Below, one piece after another: positions 9,189 to 16,404 of a stretch of 64,000 nucleotides of DNA; the first letter of the stretch is position 1; each line of letters opens with the position of its first letter. The stretch comes from an uncultured Bacilli bacterium. Its GTDB lineage: Bacteria; Bacillota_I; Bacilli_A; RF39; UBA660. The position numbers and the translations under genes are program-made. The notes beneath the pieces are model-generated. The model made no database searches. It was not told where the DNA came from and saw only the letters and a program-made list of their open reading frames with translations. The stretch covers positions 3,308 through 67,307 of the forward strand of contig CAKOIY010000001.1 in the NCBI GenBank assembly GCA_934087515.1. The letters are read 5' to 3'.

Positions 9189-9265
9189 CGGGAAGTGGCT
9201 CAACTTGGTAGAGCACTTGGTTTGGGACCAAGGGGTTGCAGGTTCAAATCCTGTCTTCCCGACCA
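9189..9265 (+). tRNA. tRNA-Pro (anticodon TGG)
   Basis: The acceptor stem is CGGGAAG/CTTCCCG, the anticodon stem CTTGG/CCAAG with loop TTTGGGA, and the T-loop TTCAAAT. CCA is encoded. It sits 4 nt after tRNA-Arg. Confidence 0.85.
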
Positions 9266-9324
9266 TTATGTTATTACAGCTCTTGTTTATCAAGAGTTTT
9301 TATTTTATTTAAAAAGGTGATTAT

Positions 9325-9567
9325 GTGGAAAATGGGAAGTGTTTTACTAAACAAGATGTATGTAGTCATGAATTTATAGAACTTTGTGAGGAAACTTCTA
9401 AAACATATGATGGGTATTATTTAGATGTTAAGAAGTATAAGTATGGAGAGATGTATAAGCTTTATATTTGTAAGAAATGTAGTAAGATAGTATGCGTTGA
9501 TTTTAATATTAATGATAGGAGTCCTGTTGTAGAGTTTGAGAGGAAGAATAAAGTTAGGAAAAGATAA
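9325..9567 (+). CDS. Small hypothetical Cys-rich protein (80 aa; two CxxC pairs, possible zinc ribbon)
   Basis: The ORF has a GTG start after AAAAAGGTGA. It contains the motifs CSHEFIELCEE and CKKCSKIVC. Confidence 0.3.
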   Translation: MENGKCFTKQDVCSHEFIELCEETSKTYDGYYLDVKKYKYGEMYKLYICKKCSKIVCVDFNINDRSPVVEFERKNKVRKR

Positions 9568-9652
9568 AGTGTAAAGTTTTGGATAAGTTTTATGTTTTGT
9601 CTTTTTTATTGGTTTATTTTTTAGTAAAATATAATTTTATGAGAGGTGTTTT

Positions 9653-10354
9653 ATGAATAAATTAAATCATGTTGCAATTATTGTTGATGGAAATGGAAGA
9701 TGGGCTAAGGAAAGGGGTAAGTCTAGAAGTGAAGGTCATTTGGAGGGTTCTAAGGTTTTGGAAAAGCTTATTTTTCATGTTTCTGATAATACTGAGATAA
9801 AGTATCTTAGTTTATATGTTTTTTCTACTGAGAATTTTAAGAGAGATAAGTCTGAGGTTGATTATTTGATGAGTTTGTTTATTAAGTGGTTTAAGAAAAG
9901 TAAAAGACTTTACAAAGATAAAAATATTAAGATTTTGTTTTCAGGGAGGAAGGAACCTTTAAGTGATAAGGTTTATAACTCGATGAAGGAACTTGAAAGA
10001 GATACTAGGGATAATAATGGTTTGGTGGTTAATTTTTGTCTTAATTATGGTGGTAGGGCTGAAATAGTTGATGCTACTAAGATGATTGTTAATGATGTTA
10101 GTTGTGGTAATATTAGTGTCTCTGATATAGATGAGGATTTGTTTAGTAAATATTTATATAATGAGCTTCCTGATGTTGATTATTTAATTAGGACTAGTGG
10201 TGAGCAAAGGATAAGTAATTTTTTGTTATGGGAGATTTCTTATGCTGAGTTTTGCTTTGTTGATAGTTATTTTCCTGATTTTGATATTTATGAGTTTGAT
10301 AGGGTTATTGAGGAGTATTATTCTAGAAATAGAAGATTTGGTGGTGTAAAGTAG
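9653..10354 (+). CDS. uppS: Undecaprenyl-diphosphate synthase (isoprenyl transferase)
   Basis: The translation MNKLNHVAIIVDGNGRWAKERGKSRSEGH... is the canonical UppS N-terminus (the DGNGRWA motif). Confidence 0.9.
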   Translation: MNKLNHVAIIVDGNGRWAKERGKSRSEGHLEGSKVLEKLIFHVSDNTEIKYLSLYVFSTENFKRDKSEVDYLMSLFIKWFKKSKRLYKDKNIKILFSGRKEPLSDKVYNSMKELERDTRDNNGLVVNFCLNYGGRAEIVDATKMIVNDVSCGNISVSDIDEDLFSKYLYNELPDVDYLIRTSGEQRISNFLLWEISYAEFCFVDSYFPDFDIYEFDRVIEEYYSRNRRFGGVK

Positions 10355-10426
10355 TAGTAAAAAGTAATTTTTCTTGTTTTTCTTCTTTTAAAAATATTTT
10401 ATTTATGGTATCATTTAGATAAGGTA

Positions 10427-10455
10427 TTGCAATTATATCGTTTTTGTGGTATAAT
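10427..10455 (+). promoter_or_regulatory. Sigma-A-type promoter (TTGCAA-17 nt-TGgTATAAT) for the downstream repeat-protein gene
   Basis: The -35 element TTGCAA (10427-10432), a 17-nt spacer and an extended -10 TGGTATAAT (10447-10455) are read directly. The element overlaps the track's proposed start codon at 10444. Confidence 0.55.
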
Positions 10456-10482
10456 ATGCGCGAATTAAGTGAGGTGTTTGAT

Positions 10483-12087
10483 GTGGGCGAAGAATTGAAG
10501 AAGATTATAGATGATCCAAATCTTTCGAATGAAGAAATTGCTAAGCGTGTTAGGGAGACTTTAAATAAAAATTCTGAACAAGTGGTAGAGGATAAAAGTA
10601 AAGAGGAACCTATTTCTGAACTTGAAAAAGCATTAAGTCCTGAGGAACTTAATTATTTAATTAGTGTTCTTGATGTTAGACAAGGAGATGTTCAAACTAA
10701 TAATATAATTAAAAAACTTCAAGATAAAGGTGTTAATTTTACTATGGATGAGTTAGTTTCACTACTTGATAAGAAAAAAGAAGAACGTATGAGCAATAAA
10801 GAAGAATTTTTTAATGAACTTGAAAAAAGAATAAGTAAGGAAGATATGGAATATCTTTTGTCTGTTGATTTAGATAATCCTGGTTCAAAAATTAGTTATA
10901 TTGCTGCTAGGGCTGGAGTTACTAATTATGAAGTTATTGAGCTTGCTAAGTATAGAAAAACACAAATGAAGGAGTATGAGAGACTTTCTATATATGATAA
11001 GGCCTTAAATGAACAAGATTTAAAGTATCTTATGGAAGCTAAGGATGTTAATCAAGCTGATTATGAGATAAATAATATACTTGTTAGACTTAGAAAACAA
11101 GGTATTGATGCTAATTTAAAAGATTTAGCTAGTTTTATAGAGTATAAGAAGGGTGGTATTGATTTTTCTAAATTTGATTCAAATAAAGAACAAAATGAAA
11201 AAGAAAATACTAATGAAAAGGATGTAAAAAAGGATAAGCCTGTATCAAAAGAAGATTTATATAAAGAATATCTTGAGATTGACAAGAGAATCAATGAGAT
11301 TGAAAGTATAATGAGAGAGGCTCTTGAAACTAAGAAGAAGGTTTCTGATGAGCTTGTTGCTGAAAGGAATAGACTTCTTGATAGAAAAAGAGAATTAGTG
11401 CCTCAAATTAAAGATATGCTTAATATAAATGATAAGAAAAAGAAACCTAGAGATTTAAGTGATTACGTTGAAGAACAAAAGCAAGAGAAAGAAAAGCAAG
11501 AAGAACAAAAGGCTGATGATAATGAAATAGTTAGTGAAAGAGATGGTTCTTTCTTATCTAAGGCTAAAGGTTTTATTGATAAAGTAAAGAATTTATCTAC
11601 TAAAGGAAAGATAATTGGTCTTGCAGGACTTGCTGCGGCTGGAGTAATTACTGCTGGTGTATATATGGCTATGAAACATGGCGATGTTCAAACACTTAAT
11701 GATGCTCTTCATCAAGCAGGTATGCATATTCAAGATGCTGCCAATCAACTTAATCCTGATCCAAGTGGAATTGATCCTAGTACTATAGGGCAACATATAG
11801 ATACTACTTTTGTTTCAAGTGGGGATGCTGCTAATTATGCACATGCGTTAAAACCAATTGAGGAGTATTTTCAATATGATATTCAAAATTTAGTTGATTC
11901 ACATAATAATATTATTCCTGCTCATGGTATGTCATATGATGAATTGATAGAACTTATAAAAAATGGTAATGACATTGCTTCTGTGCAAGTTGGTGGTGAT
12001 GCTGCACATATTGATGGGCATCTTAATATTAATGATATTCTTAATGCATATGATGCAACAGTTAAGTCTGGAGGAGCGGTTAGATGA
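10483..12087 (+). CDS. Novel helical-repeat protein A with a C-terminal TM segment (about 535 aa)
   Basis: It contains three ~50-aa repeats of the type L..EDL.YLM.AKDV.QADYEINNIL.RLRKQG.(D/N)ANL.DLA.FIE.KKG, also present in the ORF at 12397. A charged coiled-coil region follows, then one TM helix (IIGLAGLAAAGVITAGVYMAM) and a His/Asp-rich C-terminal domain. The start is placed at GTG 10483 after RBS GAGGTG, because the promoter overlaps the ATGs at 10444 and 10456. Confidence 0.45.
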   Translation: MGEELKKIIDDPNLSNEEIAKRVRETLNKNSEQVVEDKSKEEPISELEKALSPEELNYLISVLDVRQGDVQTNNIIKKLQDKGVNFTMDELVSLLDKKKEERMSNKEEFFNELEKRISKEDMEYLLSVDLDNPGSKISYIAARAGVTNYEVIELAKYRKTQMKEYERLSIYDKALNEQDLKYLMEAKDVNQADYEINNILVRLRKQGIDANLKDLASFIEYKKGGIDFSKFDSNKEQNEKENTNEKDVKKDKPVSKEDLYKEYLEIDKRINEIESIMREALETKKKVSDELVAERNRLLDRKRELVPQIKDMLNINDKKKKPRDLSDYVEEQKQEKEKQEEQKADDNEIVSERDGSFLSKAKGFIDKVKNLSTKGKIIGLAGLAAAGVITAGVYMAMKHGDVQTLNDALHQAGMHIQDAANQLNPDPSGIDPSTIGQHIDTTFVSSGDAANYAHALKPIEEYFQYDIQNLVDSHNNIIPAHGMSYDELIELIKNGNDIASVQVGGDAAHIDGHLNINDILNAYDATVKSGGAVR

Positions 12088-12317
12088 AAGATAAGATAAT
12101 TACTTTAGGAAATGGTAAAGAGTTTTTAATAGTTGATGTTTGTAGATATAATGGTATTGACTATTGCTTGGTGTGTGAAGTAGTTAATAATGATACTACT
12201 GATTCGTTTGGAGTTATTAGAATTGATGAAATTGATGGTAAGCGAAAAATAACTGTTATTGAAGATGAAAATATTATTAAGAATGTATTTGCTATAGTTG
12301 AAAAGAATTTTAGTTAG
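12084..12317 (+). CDS. DUF1292-like small protein (YrzB-like), copy 1
   Basis: The 77-aa ORF has the pattern KIITLGNGKEFLIVDVCRYNGIDYCLVCEVVNND...IRIDEIDG...TVIED. Its start overlaps the stop of the upstream gene (ATGA). Confidence 0.45.
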   Translation: MKDKIITLGNGKEFLIVDVCRYNGIDYCLVCEVVNNDTTDSFGVIRIDEIDGKRKITVIEDENIIKNVFAIVEKNFS

Positions 12318-12396
12318 ATTTTGTTGTGAAATTTATTTATTTATGTTATAATACACGAAAAAGAGGGGTTCCCTTTGTGAGAGGAGATAATAATTT

Positions 12397-13710
12397 ATGA
12401 ACGAAAATGAAAATTTAGAAGCAAGACTTGCTGATCTTGAAAGACAAGTAGCGGAAATTAAAAATATGATTAGTGCTCAAAGTAATAAAAATTTTGATGT
12501 TTCTGTGTATGAAAATGTTTTAAGTGATAGTGATATGGCTTATTTAATGAATGCTAAGGATGTTAGGCAAGCTGATTATGAGATAAATAATATACTTGCT
12601 AGACTTAGAAAGCAAGGTGTTAATGCTAATTTAAATGATTTAGCTAATTTTATTGAATCTAAGAAGGGGACTAGTACTAAGAATGATGATTCTAATGTTA
12701 GTGAAAAGATAAAGGAACTTGCTAGTAAGTTAACTGATTATGATATGAAATATTTATTAAGTATAGAGAATCCTAATCAAACAAACTTTTTATTTAGTAG
12801 TTTAAATGCTAGATATGGAGCAAGTATTGATGATTTGATTGCTGCTGCTAAATATAAGAATGCACATATGAATGATGTTAAGCTTGAAAGTGGTGTAGTT
12901 GCTGAAGAAGAAACTCCTGTTGAGAGTGATAATTTATTAGAAGAACTTGATAGATTAGATAAGAAGTATGAAGAAGCTCTTGATAAAGGTGATGATGTTT
13001 CTGAAATTAATGGTAAAAGAAATGCTGTGCTTGATGCAATTGATAAATCAAAAGTTAATGAATCTGGTAATGTTAGTAGTGTAGTTTCTGATAATGAATA
13101 TCCAAAACTTGAATCTGCTGATATGAATAAGATTTCTCAAATACTTATGAATGCTAAAATTGGTAATAATATATTAAATCAAATGGCTGAAAAGTATGGT
13201 GTTAATAAAGATGTTTTCTATAAAATGTTTAACTTAAATATGCTTGAAAGGAATTTTGGTTTAAAAGTTGAAAAACCTAATAAGATGCCAGAAAAAATTG
13301 AAAGTGTTGATAGTAAGTATAAGGTTGTTCCTGAACCTTCGATGAATGATGAGGTTAAAGGTGTTTATCCTTTGACTGTTGAAGAATTTAAGGAAAATGG
13401 TGGTTTGGAGCCTGATAGTAGAGGTAGAAGATTTGTTAAGAAGATAGCAAATAGTAGGATTATTAGATTTTTGGTTGACAAGGCTAAGGAAATGCATATG
13501 AAAATGAAGATGAAAAAACAAGATGAAATAAGTTATGAGAGTGATTCTTCTGCTATTTCAGAGAAAAATTATGAAAAAATTCCTTCTAAAAAGGAAAAAA
13601 TGGAGGCATATCAAAAAGAAGTAGAAAAGATGAAGGCTAATGAAAATGAGATAGATGAAAATGTAGCTTTTAATGATGAGCCAGAAATAACTAAATTTAA
13701 TGCTAGATAA
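12397..13710 (+). CDS. Novel helical-repeat protein B (437 aa), paralogue of 10483..12087
   Basis: It shares the DMAYLMNAKDVRQADYEINNILARLRKQGVNANLNDLANFIESKKG repeat with protein A. The rest is acidic coiled-coil. An RBS GAGAGGAG and an upstream TTATAAT -10 element are present. Confidence 0.5.
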   Translation: MNENENLEARLADLERQVAEIKNMISAQSNKNFDVSVYENVLSDSDMAYLMNAKDVRQADYEINNILARLRKQGVNANLNDLANFIESKKGTSTKNDDSNVSEKIKELASKLTDYDMKYLLSIENPNQTNFLFSSLNARYGASIDDLIAAAKYKNAHMNDVKLESGVVAEEETPVESDNLLEELDRLDKKYEEALDKGDDVSEINGKRNAVLDAIDKSKVNESGNVSSVVSDNEYPKLESADMNKISQILMNAKIGNNILNQMAEKYGVNKDVFYKMFNLNMLERNFGLKVEKPNKMPEKIESVDSKYKVVPEPSMNDEVKGVYPLTVEEFKENGGLEPDSRGRRFVKKIANSRIIRFLVDKAKEMHMKMKMKKQDEISYESDSSAISEKNYEKIPSKKEKMEAYQKEVEKMKANENEIDENVAFNDEPEITKFNAR

Positions 13711-13725
13711 GAAAGGGGAAAAAAT

Positions 13726-13977
13726 ATGACTTTTAAAAGATATGATGTTATTACTTTTGAAGAAAATGATAAGGTAGTGGTACTTGCTGCACTTGTGCAT
13801 GAAGGAAATGAATATGTTTATGTTAATGAGATATTACCTGATGAATCTGATGTAACTGATGTATATAAGGTAATGGTTGTGCATTATGAAGATGGGACAC
13901 TTGAAAAGGTAATTGATCCTGAACTTCTTCATGTATTGTTACCTAAGTTTCAAGAGTTATTAGAACAAGCTGATTAA
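13726..13977 (+). CDS. DUF1292-like small protein, copy 2
   Basis: The translation YDVITFEENDKVVVLAALVHEGNEYVYVNEILPDESD..VYKVMVVHYEDGTLEKV follows the DUF1292 pattern. Confidence 0.5.
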   Translation: MTFKRYDVITFEENDKVVVLAALVHEGNEYVYVNEILPDESDVTDVYKVMVVHYEDGTLEKVIDPELLHVLLPKFQELLEQAD

Positions 13978-13978
13978 A

Positions 13979-14012
13979 GTTAAACTTATTCTGAGTTATG
14001 AATAAGTTTCTT
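13979..14012 (+). terminator. Rho-independent terminator
   Basis: A perfect 10-bp stem aaacttattc/gaataagttt has an 8-nt loop and is followed by a T-rich run. Confidence 0.6.
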
Positions 14013-14032
14013 TTGTATGGGTGGTGAATATA

Positions 14033-14935
14033 ATGAGCAATGAAGTTAAAAAATTAAGTGAAAAAGCTAGTGATGAAGATAAAGTTAGAATTGAAAAACT
14101 AATGGAATTACCTCTTAATGATAGTGAACGTGATGCTTCTATTAAGTTAATTGTTTTGGATTCTTTTGCTAAGTTAATGTATGATGATGAATTAAATATA
14201 GTTTTTGATGAGTCTGATAAGGCAAAGGATGCAAGAGATGCTATTGCTAATAGATTAGGTGTTGATTCTGATGAATTACAGATGATTGCTGATTATAAGA
14301 AGAAGAATAATGTTAAATGTACTTTGAATAGAAATGATGTTATAAAGAAGAATTCTGATCTTAATGAATTTATTGATAAGATGAGTGTTGCAGAGATGAA
14401 TTCTATACTTAATATGAAGGCATCTGGTAATTATGATGATAATATTTTGAATAATATTTCTAGTAGAATTGGTGCTTCTGCTTCTAAACTTGAAGAAATT
14501 GCTGTTGAAAAGAATAAAGGTCTTATGAGTGGTAAGAATAATGATAAATCTATGGAAAATGGTGAGTCTAAATCTTTAGATGAAAATAATAATAATAATA
14601 ATGACAAAGATAAAGATAAAGAAAAGGAAGTTACTTCTAGTTCTAGTGGGTCTAATGGCACTAATCTTGAAGAAAAAGATGATTCTTCAAAGACTAAGGT
14701 TTCTGCTGATTTAACTCCTGAAAAGAAGAAAAAACCTAATAGAATTACTACAGCAGGTGCTAAACTTATTGCTTCGATTAAAAATAATAAAGGTAAAGCT
14801 ATGCTTGGTATATTAGGTCTTGGTGCTGTTGCAGTTCTTGCTATTACTAATCCTGTTATGTTTTGGACTTTACTTGCTGCGGCTGGTATTGGTAAGATAT
14901 ATAAAGATTTTCAAGCTGGAGCAAAAGGTAGATAA
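14033..14935 (+). CDS. Hypothetical protein with Asn/Asp/Lys low-complexity region and C-terminal membrane hairpin
   Basis: The ORF has an RBS GGTGGTGA and ATG at 14033. An N-terminal helical region is followed by the low-complexity stretch ENNNNNNDKDKDKEKE. The C-terminus LGILGLGAVAVLAI..LLAAAGIG is hydrophobic. Confidence 0.45.
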   Translation: MSNEVKKLSEKASDEDKVRIEKLMELPLNDSERDASIKLIVLDSFAKLMYDDELNIVFDESDKAKDARDAIANRLGVDSDELQMIADYKKKNNVKCTLNRNDVIKKNSDLNEFIDKMSVAEMNSILNMKASGNYDDNILNNISSRIGASASKLEEIAVEKNKGLMSGKNNDKSMENGESKSLDENNNNNNDKDKDKEKEVTSSSSGSNGTNLEEKDDSSKTKVSADLTPEKKKKPNRITTAGAKLIASIKNNKGKAMLGILGLGAVAVLAITNPVMFWTLLAAAGIGKIYKDFQAGAKGR

Positions 14936-14997
14936 AAATTATAAATACGGTTTAATTACTGTATTTTTTTTGTTATACTTATATATAGGTGATAGAG

Positions 14998-15981
14998 ATG
15001 GGAATATTTGATAGAATTAGAAATAGTTTTAAGAAAGAAGTAAAAGAAGATAATAAAGAAGTTAAGTTATATGATAAGGGTCTTACTAAGACTAGGGATA
15101 ATTTTGTTTCTAAACTTGTTAATATAACTAATAAATATAATAAAGTTAATGAAGAGTTTTTTATGGAACTTGAGGAAATATTAATTATGGCAGATCTTGG
15201 AGTTAATACAGTTATGAAATTTATGGATAGACTTAGAGATAGGGTGCGTCATGAACATATTGAGGATCCTTCTTTGCTTAGGGAAATTATTGTAGATGAG
15301 TTATTTATTATTTATGTAAATAACGAGGTTATTGTAAATAAGATTAATTATGCTAAGGAAGGTCCTACTGTTATTTTGTTTGTAGGTGTTAATGGTGTTG
15401 GTAAGACTACTTCTATTGCAAAGATTGCTACTAAGGAAATAAGTAAAGGCAAGAAAGTGTTAATGGTTGGTGCTGATACTTTTAGAGCTGGTGCTGTTAA
15501 GCAACTTAAGGAATGGGCTGATAGAACTGGTGCTTCTTTTGTTGGTGATGAATCTATGAAGGATCCAGCTTCTGTTGTATATGATGGGCTTAAGAAAGCT
15601 AAAGAAGAAGACTTTGATGTTGTGTTAATAGATACGGCTGGTCGTCTTCAAAATAAGGTTAATTTGATGAAGGAACTTGAAAAGATTAATAAGATAATAA
15701 CTAATTTTATTCCAGATGCTCCACATGAGACTTTGCTTGTTATTGATGCTACAACTGGTCAAAATGGTATTAGTCAGGCTAAGACTTTTAAAGAGGTTAC
15801 TAATATTACTGGAATAGTTCTTACTAAACTTGATGGTACTGCTAAGGGAGGTATAGTTCTTGCTATAAAAGATGAGGTAGATATTCCTGTTAAGTATGTA
15901 GGACTTGGGGAAAAGGCTGAAGATCTTAGTGTATTTGATATTGAAAACTATATATATGGTTTGTTTAAGGATATGATATGA
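14998..15981 (+). CDS. ftsY: Signal recognition particle receptor FtsY
   Basis: It has the NG domain with GVNGVGKTTSIAKIA (G1), DTAGR and TKLDGTAKGG. It is a short form lacking the acidic A-domain, as in Bacillus. Confidence 0.9.
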   Translation: MGIFDRIRNSFKKEVKEDNKEVKLYDKGLTKTRDNFVSKLVNITNKYNKVNEEFFMELEEILIMADLGVNTVMKFMDRLRDRVRHEHIEDPSLLREIIVDELFIIYVNNEVIVNKINYAKEGPTVILFVGVNGVGKTTSIAKIATKEISKGKKVLMVGADTFRAGAVKQLKEWADRTGASFVGDESMKDPASVVYDGLKKAKEEDFDVVLIDTAGRLQNKVNLMKELEKINKIITNFIPDAPHETLLVIDATTGQNGISQAKTFKEVTNITGIVLTKLDGTAKGGIVLAIKDEVDIPVKYVGLGEKAEDLSVFDIENYIYGLFKDMI

Positions 15982-16265
15982 TGAATGATACTGTTTATTT
16001 GACTATTTTATTTGATTATTATGAGTCTCTTTTAAGTGATAGAGATAGAAGTTGTTTTAGGGATTATTATTTTTCTAATTTGTCTTTATCTGAGATTGCT
16101 CTTGCTAGTAGTGTTTCTAGAAATGCTATTCATAAGAGACTTAAGAAGATATGTGATGAACTTTACTTATATGAGAGCAAACTTGGTTTGTATGAAAAGG
16201 AAAAGAGAATTATGGATCTTATTCATGATGAGGTTTTAAAGGAAAAGATTAAGGAGATTCTTTAG
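15978..16265 (+). CDS. ylxM: YlxM/UPF0122 family putative DNA-binding protein
   Basis: This is a sigma-70 region-4-like small protein (LSLSEIALASSVSRNAIHKRLKK). It lies immediately downstream of ftsY with an overlapping start, as in the Bacillus ftsY-ylxM arrangement. Confidence 0.65.
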   Translation: MMNDTVYLTILFDYYESLLSDRDRSCFRDYYFSNLSLSEIALASSVSRNAIHKRLKKICDELYLYESKLGLYEKEKRIMDLIHDEVLKEKIKEIL

Positions 16266-16343
16266 GTTTTAATAGCCTGTTTTTTTTTTACTTTCTATTT
16301 TTTTTTACTTTACTTTTTTTTTATTTTCTTTGTTTAAAATTGT

Positions 16344-16378
16344 TGACTTATGTAGTTTGTTTTTATATACTTAGGGTG
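16344..16378 (+). promoter_or_regulatory. Sigma-A-like promoter (TTGACT-17-TATACT) for the S8 protease gene
   Basis: The elements are read directly from the sequence. They sit in a poly-T-rich 140-nt intergenic region. Confidence 0.45.
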
Positions 16379-16404
16379 TAAAATAGAAAGGAGAATATAT
16401 TATT

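Noticed and set aside
9102-9293. A 63-aa minus-strand ORF
   Set aside because: It exactly overlies two hand-verified tRNA genes. The open frame is coincidental.
14540-14640. AAT/GAT/AAA-rich stretch (NNNNNNDKDKDKEKE coding) resembling a microsatellite
   Set aside because: It is in frame within a CDS and encodes a low-complexity linker. It has no CRISPR-like spacing or direct-repeat structure.
16266-16404. Poly-T-rich intergenic region considered as a possible sRNA or riboswitch
   Set aside because: I could find no conserved stem-loop architecture. It is best explained as terminator remnants plus the sigma-A-like promoter of the S8 protease gene.
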